A stretch of 64,000 bases of DNA from Blasia pusilla. Lineage: Eukaryota. The translations under genes were made by a program, and so were the position numbers. Positions within the stretch are counted from its first letter, which is position 1. Each line of letters begins with the position of its first letter. Where the stretch lies: the NCBI GenBank assembly GCA_050084515.1, contig CM114271.1, positions 44,950,001 to 45,014,000 on the forward strand. The letters are read 5' to 3'. This document shows positions 57,601-64,000 of this stretch, piece after piece. Under the pieces are notes generated by a model. That model was not told the DNA's origin. It was given only the letters and a program-made list of their open reading frames with translations, and did no database searches.

Positions 57601-57995
57601 TTTGGTCGCTTTACATACACCACCTTTGCAAAGTGGCATTGAAATCCTCGAGAAACGGATGTACCAAGTAATGTGGATTGAGCAAAGGGTCTACTGTTTG
57701 AACCTTTCTTTTTCCCCTTCTCTACACTATTGGGAAGACCTTTTTTCACCATGTTCCGAAAGTCATTTGGTCCATAAGCACACCAATATCGGATAATGTG
57801 TCGAGATGTTGTCCTCTCACTTGAATTTCTAATCTTGAAGGCACAATGAAAATTCTCTCTATTTCTCTCCCCTTCAAGAAAATTGTTGAACCTATCCAGA
57901 GGGATTGTGGCCTCCTCAATTGTCTATTTCAGATGACTAGACAAAAAGGGTCCCAGAGGAGGTATCTGAACTACATGCTCAAGATGTTCGAACAT
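54700..57995 (-). mobile_element. Disrupted MULE-type DDE/SWIM transposase (At1g60560-like), copy 2
   Basis: VQIPPLGPFLSSHLK*, IPLDRFNNFLEGE, RYWC/AYGPNDFR, RGFQCHF..HREHTNK, GMYSTFRTN, CFIVDDSNEE, LCIWHIRKA, NTNGVVECWH, CTCPHAAEGNTYKH. Many stops and frameshifts. The 3' limit is approximate. Confidence 0.85.
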
Positions 57996-59579
57996 GTTTA
58001 AGTCCAGTGTTCAACAAATGACCTGATTGACATTGAATGTTCCCAACAAAAAATTAAACCAAAGAACTGGAAAAGGAGTTGGCGAAGGGAACAAAAGAAG
58101 GGGAAACTTCGAAGCTGACACTGCAGCAAGCAAAAAATAAATTACGCATGACCAAAATATTTATTCACCTTGGGCCTCATAAACGCACTAGCTCTTTCCT
58201 ACTCTTGTGTGTCTTGAACTCCTCAACTCCTCCCTGCTGTTGCTGGCCCTCCCCCTCCCTCACCTCCCTCGAGTGCCTCACAATTTGGATCTTGCCCGGA
58301 CTGCCTCTGCCGATCTTGCCCCGACTGTCTCTGAACCTTGCTTCTTGCCTTTGCAGATCCCCTCTACCTTGACTGCCTTGCCTCAGGTTTCCCGCCACTT
58401 ACCTAGACCTTCAAAAGACTGGCTTGCATATGCACCGTCTTCCATGCTAAACCCTCCCTGAAACCCCTTCATGCGTACCCGAAAACCTGCAGCCCTGCGT
58501 AGACCTCGGGTTAGCTTAACCTGAGGATGAATAGGCACAAGGGTATCAAACATAAGAAAAACTTAAAAATTACCGTCCGCTTCATACGGACAAAAATACA
58601 CACGTTTAGCAAAAATTAAGCATTAATTTATGCTAAACTCTAGAATGAGCTCAAGCCCAAAATCACGGGAGTGCAAAGTTTTCTTGGGACAATGGACTAT
58701 TGCCATTAAGATGGCGTTAGGAGATGGAGAGGACATGGAGGAGGAGGACTATGGCGGAGGAGATGGAGGGACGTCTAGAATTTTGCTTGTAACTATTTCC
58801 ATGGTGATCCAATCTTTTCAATCTAAGGCCCAATGTGTTCATCTTCTCAAGCTTGAACTTTGGGTTCTTCTTTTTTCCACTTAAGATTGAGTTTTCCAAA
58901 GTTCTTGGGATCTTTGGACCTTCTTCTCTCCTAAATGTGCTTATAGATTCCTATACGCAATTTCAAACATAGCGCTTTCCTTATAGAATGATACCGGGTT
59001 ACAATCGGTTTAAGGGATCCATCTTGCTTTTTTGGTTCTTTTGATACGGGCTGGGCCCAACATTACCAACTCATTCCCTCATAGCGGTCATTGGTGGATG
59101 GCTCACCTACTCCTCACATCCTCTTTTTTGGTTTTTCCAATTTCTTCTTTCACAACTTTCTTCTGGAATGTCGGGTTTGGACGTGTTTGGACTGTTTTGA
59201 TCGTCTTGACAAGCTCGTTCTTTTGATATCAAGTAGGTTTCCTAGTTTTTCTTCCTTCTCTATAGGCGCCTATTTTTTGTACGGGTTTGTTTTAGGTCGA
59301 TTCCTCCCAAAAGTCTTCCTTGCTCTTTCAACTCCTTACCTTACTGTTTTGCCCCTACATACGTTTGCCATCTCCTTAAGGACATTAGAAATTCATATTC
59401 TTGAGCCACCTCTTTCGATACCATATACATCACTTTTCCTTTTCAATTTCTTTTTATATTTTTCTTATAGTAACTTTCAATCATAAATTCAGTTTTGCCT
59501 AATCTTCATCTCTCAATCTAAATTTCTTTTCAAGAGATTCCACTACTTTTGCTTTGCTCGTTATCCTCATGCTTATAGG

Positions 59580-59890
59580 AATGCTTGCGCTCATACTCGA
59601 AGGGTACAAAAATGGGCAATGGCAAAGAGTAGGCCACCCATGGGATCACCTTGACATGTGCCACAAGCCGATTGTAGAATACTATATTCCCCAAAAGTAG
59701 CATGATGGGAATAGATAATTGGCGTATTATAGGCATAGAAGGAGCGAACAAATGGAATGAGCAAATCCCATGCACCACAGCCTCACAACCTCCAAGAGTT
59801 GCCACTCCAAATTGATGAGGAAATAAGTGGGCACTAAAGTGAGGACGAAATTGTAAGCATAGGGATCGACTAACCAAGCGGTATAAAACC
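59580..59890 (-). repeat. Inverted, internally deleted duplicate of the retrotransposon RT region (60951-61082 joined to 61205-61385)
   Basis: Near-identical reverse complement. The junction GGGATTTG-CTC-ATTCCATTTG uses a CTC microhomology. Confidence 0.92.
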
Positions 59891-59908
59891 AAAGTAGAAG
59901 GATTTGGC

Positions 59909-62900
59909 ATGAGGAGTAGGAGGATTTGCCGGATTCTCCTCTTCTCCCTTCTTTGCCTTGTCCTATTGAGCCTAATCTTGATCCATTATTACCAAATCCT
60001 TCTACTTTGCCATCCCCACATATCTCATCTATGCCCTTGCTTCCAACTCCCATCTATTATACCCGAATCTCCCCTCTTCCTCCTCCTCCTTCCCCAACCT
60101 ACTTACCCCCTCATCGTCGGCCATCACCACCTCTTGCACCTCCCACCTCCTCTCCTTGTAACCCTTCTACTTCTCCATTTGGATAAAAGGTTCGTTGCAT
60201 ACCTTGTGGTAAGGAGTTTTCTCCTAATGGGATCAAAAGACATCAGCGGAAGTGTTGATGCATGGGCCTTCAATCCCTAACCCAATACCACCTCCTATTG
60301 CACTCCCCACAACAACGGCTTGGACCTGGTTAAGCCAAATTGATCTCCATCACTCTTTCCATCCAGGTCTTCCTCGTCCTAGACTCTACACTCGCATTCC
60401 TATTGCTCTTCACCCCATCACCCAACAAGCTTTGCTTTTCCCATTAGAAAGGTTCGCGCATGACCCCATAGATATAAATGCTTGGTATCTCCTATTACTC
60501 TTCCCACAATGGATTTTAGTCCTCCCTCCAAGGGATGGTGCAACGGGTCGTGAGACCTCGAGCATTGGGTCCTCTTTCTGCGGCGGTTCCAAGTGCAAAA
60601 ACAGTGGCTCTCTTAGAAGCTCTTCATCCTCCTTCAAGTGGCGATGCTCCACCTTTTGTAGAAGACTATACAACGGACCTTGACTTGGAGTTTGACTTGG
60701 AGGTTTTCACAAGGGCTTTTATGCGTATTCCTCGCTTATCAACAAGCGGGCTATCATGGATGGTTTTTGAGCATCTCTGCTATTGCTTTATCCCTGCAGA
60801 TTCAGCAAGTGGCTTTGTCTCTCTATATAAGGTGTGTGCACATATGGCGGCAGGTCGTCTCCCATTCTCTATTTCTAGGCTCTTAGGGGCTTGTCATTTG
60901 TTAGCTATGGATAAGCCTCCTTCAAGTGTGCGCCCTTTGGCTATTGGAGAGGTTTTATACCGCTTGGTTAGTCGATCCCTATGCTTGCAATTTCGTTCTC
61001 ACTTTAGTGCCCACTTATTTCCTCATCAATTTGGAGTGGCAACTCTTGGAGGTTGTGAGGCTGTGGTGCATGGGATTTGCTCCACTCTTGATATTCATCC
61101 AGATTGGGTAACAATTCAAGTCGATGTGGCTGATGCATTCAATTTAGTTTCTTGTGCGGCCATCTTTGAGGAGCTATGTTGTGCAGGAGGACAACTCACG
61201 AGCCTCATTCCATTTGTTCGCTCCTTCTATGCCTATAATACGCCAATTATCTATTCCCATCATGCTACTTTTGGGGAATATAGTATTCTACAATCGGCTT
61301 GTGGCACATGTCAAGGTGATCCCATGGGTGGCCCACTCTTTGCCATTGCCCATTTTTGTGCCCTTTGAGTATGAGCGCAAGCATTTTCATCTTGTCTTTT
61401 TGCTTCTATTGTTGATAACACTCACATTATAGGTCCTCCTTTTGAAGTGGTTTCTTCTTATACCCATTTCGTGGAGAAACTCTCTTTCTTAAACCTTAAA
61501 GTCCAACCTAGTAAATGTCGAGTATGGTCTCCTTCATGCCTTCCCTCAAAATTCACCCCACCTAATCCTGATTTTCCCATCTACATTGAAGGGATTAGAG
61601 TTCTTGGGGTCCCAATTGGCTTCATCGACTATATCTCAAATTTCTTGGATGAGGCCCTTTTCAAAGACGTGGAATGGCTTCATTTGTTACCTCATCTTGG
61701 GGATCCCCAAATGGCTTATGGGATTCTCTCCCAATGTTTTCTACGACGTCCTTCCTACCTTCTTTGCACTTGTCCTTCCACTTTAAGGTTCTTACATCAG
61801 TTGGCCTCTTTTGATGCTTCTATCTTGGCAACTTTTGGTCAACTTCTTGGCCCGAATACCTTTGAGGGAGAGGATGGTGTCTTTGCTTCACGACAAGCTA
61901 TCTTGCCTATTTCTTTTGGAGGGATGGGACTGTCCTCCATAGTCGCATTTGCTCCCATAGCCTTTTTGGGGAGTTGGGCATTGATAACACCGATTATGGC
62001 TTCAAGGTTTCTCCAAGGAGATACACCTATCTTGATGGATCATATCGCCCATGGAGAGGAGGGGGACTTGTTATTTCAAAACAACTAAGATCTGCACGAG
62101 TTCTTCTTCCTCTTGCTACACAAGCAATTCTACCCCCTTTCAATCAACTGATTACGGAAGGGTTTGATCGACTTCAAGAGTATATCTCCAAGAATCTACA
62201 TCAAATCAACTTTTCCAACATTCTCTCCGAGGCATCCTCTAACGCTAATCGAGCTCGTCTACGTTCATGTGTGGGTACCGGAGCGGGGGCGTGGCTTACT
62301 ACAAATCCTCTTATTCTTCCATTTTGTCTTCCTCGAAGAATATTCTCGACAACTTTGCGGTAACGTCTTGGACTTCCCCATCCTTCTCTCTTAGGTGTGC
62401 CGAATTGTGTATGCAGGGATCCCATTTATGCCAAGGGTATTCATATTCTCCGATGTGCACATGGTGGAGAACGAAAAACCACACATGATGTCATTAGAGA
62501 GGCGATAGCATCGCTGGCTCGTACTGCAGGATACACCGTTGGGCAAGAGCAACTCCATGTCCTACCTTCAACCACACAAGCAACCTCTCGTCGGAGAGTG
62601 GATCTTGTTATATCTAGAGGTGGATTCCGGACACTAGGTGATGTGGTGGTTGCTGATCCAACACGTTCGGACTTGGTGTGTCAAGCCGCACATACCAAAG
62701 ATTTGGCGGCCCAAGCTGCAGCAAGAATCATGGAGTTAAGTTATGGTGTGAGATATGTGACTGATGGATTTATTCCTTTTGCAGTGGAAGTATTCGGTCA
62801 TTTACATGTGTCTTTTGATACTTTCCTGAAAACATGTGCTCACTACTCCCTCGAGAATCATCACCTTGCCCCTTCCCGTAGTCCTTCTCTCTCGGTAATT

Positions 62901-63125
62901 ACTACTTATTTTCGGCAATGCATCTCAATGACCTTACAACGTGCACAAGCCTTGGCATTGATATGTCGTGTGGAGGTGGTGAGGGATCGCTCGCCTCATT
63001 GGTCATCCACGTATGACAAACCACTCGTGGTCTTGTTAGATTTGTTTGCATTCACTTATTACCATTTTTAAACTCCTCTTTATCTTCTTTTGAAGTTTAT
63101 TTTATAATAAAATGAATATATAAAA
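59909..63125 (+). mobile_element. Non-LTR retrotransposon with RT and restriction-like endonuclease (CRE-like); nearly full length but inactivated
   Basis: N-terminal finger CIPCGKEFSPNGIKRHQRKC. RT motifs RPLAIGEVLYRL, QFGVATLGGCE, DVADAFN, GTCQGDPMG..LF, SIVDN (decayed YxDD), LKVQPSKC, GIRVLGVPIG, GGMGL. Then CVC..HILRC, RKTTHD, RRVDLV..GDVVVAD and FIPFAVEVFG, ending in an AT-rich tail. Stops at 61366, 62086 and 62361. Confidence 0.92.
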
Positions 63126-64000
63126 TTATTTCTCGACATCAACTTGTACGGGAAGAATTAAGCAAACTCCTGGTTTGCGCGGCGGTGCTACGTACAAAGT
63201 GAATCATACGATCGATCTAACGTCGTAGATACTGTCTCCAGCGATAGTAAGGGCAATGAACGAAATTAGGAACCCCCAGTAGCGGAGCGTGGATTGGTCA
63301 TTGCGAATACGCACTCTACGGACGCAGTTGGTGGGAACTTTTTCCGCGATTGACAACAAACCATGATAATAATGAATGAAAGGATGCCCTGAATGTCAGG
63401 CATTAATGAAAGGTCCCACACTTGACGAACCGGAGCCCATGAAAATGTTACGAGTCAATGTCAGGTAGATCTGTAGAAACCGTTCATTCATGAGATGACA
63501 CGTTGGGCTCTCCCAAGCAGCTGATCCCGACATACTCCCTACGTACAGCCGCTGCAGCGGCGCTCTCCGCTCTGCATAACAGAGACGTTGGGCGGTCTGT
63601 TTCAAGTTAATGCTCTGCAGCGATGAATGAATCAGCAGCACTCAACTCTTAGGACAATGGAGTCGTCCAAATGGTATATTATTATAAGGAGTGGCGCGGT
63701 AAAGAAAAGACCCATATTTATAACAATCTCATGAATGATGTAGATTTATCTCCTTAGTTGTAAGGGGTTACGAGGAAGAGGTTTGATTAATTTTTTACGG
63801 ATTTCGTCCACATCTCCAATGGAGTGGGTTGTCTTGGGCCATTGCGATTTTCTACTGTAGGCAACGGGTTTTCGTAACGGGTTCAGGCCGTTGGAGACAT
63901 CAATGTTAGAGGCGATTAGAATAAAACCCTGTGGATTTTTTTTCTGTGTGGCCTCCTTTGTATCCCAAGGTTTGGTTTTCCATCCAAGTTTCTATTAAAG

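Noticed and set aside
58605-58643. AT-rich 15-bp imperfect hairpin followed by CTAG, as a Helitron 3' end or TIR of SWIM copy 2
   Set aside because: The stem is AT-rich and only 2 nt from CTAG, and no matching other terminus was found.

Overview
Eukaryotic, intron-containing, transposon-dense DNA from a land plant. A bryophyte-grade genome is my inference from gene style and TE content, and it cannot be proven here. Only one host gene is clearly intact: a 4-exon BAM1-like beta-amylase (22038-24389, +). The rest is mostly decayed mobile DNA: a Helitron RepHel remnant (~10.5-13.7 kb), four 160-300 bp mini-Helitrons, and a family of GC-rich repeats that share a structured 3' tail (probably LINE-related). 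There are also two divergent, convergently oriented copies of a MULE-type DDE/SWIM transposase-like gene of the At1g60560/At4g13970 type (40.4-43.9 kb + and 54.7-58.0 kb -), a broken and partly inverted PIF1-like helicase, and a near-complete CRE-like RT+RLE non-LTR retrotransposon (59.9-63.1 kb). The best leads are: (i) a possible large multi-gene SWIM/MULE transposon with accessory ORFs and tandem arrays rich in a GGAATRCYTT motif, reminiscent of the VANDAL/VANC architecture; (ii) a 3-kb block holding an intronless, disrupted cyclin A, two tandem arrays and a cluster of perfect hairpins; (iii) repeated fold-back inversions inside three unrelated TEs. All homology calls were made by eye from motifs, without database searches.
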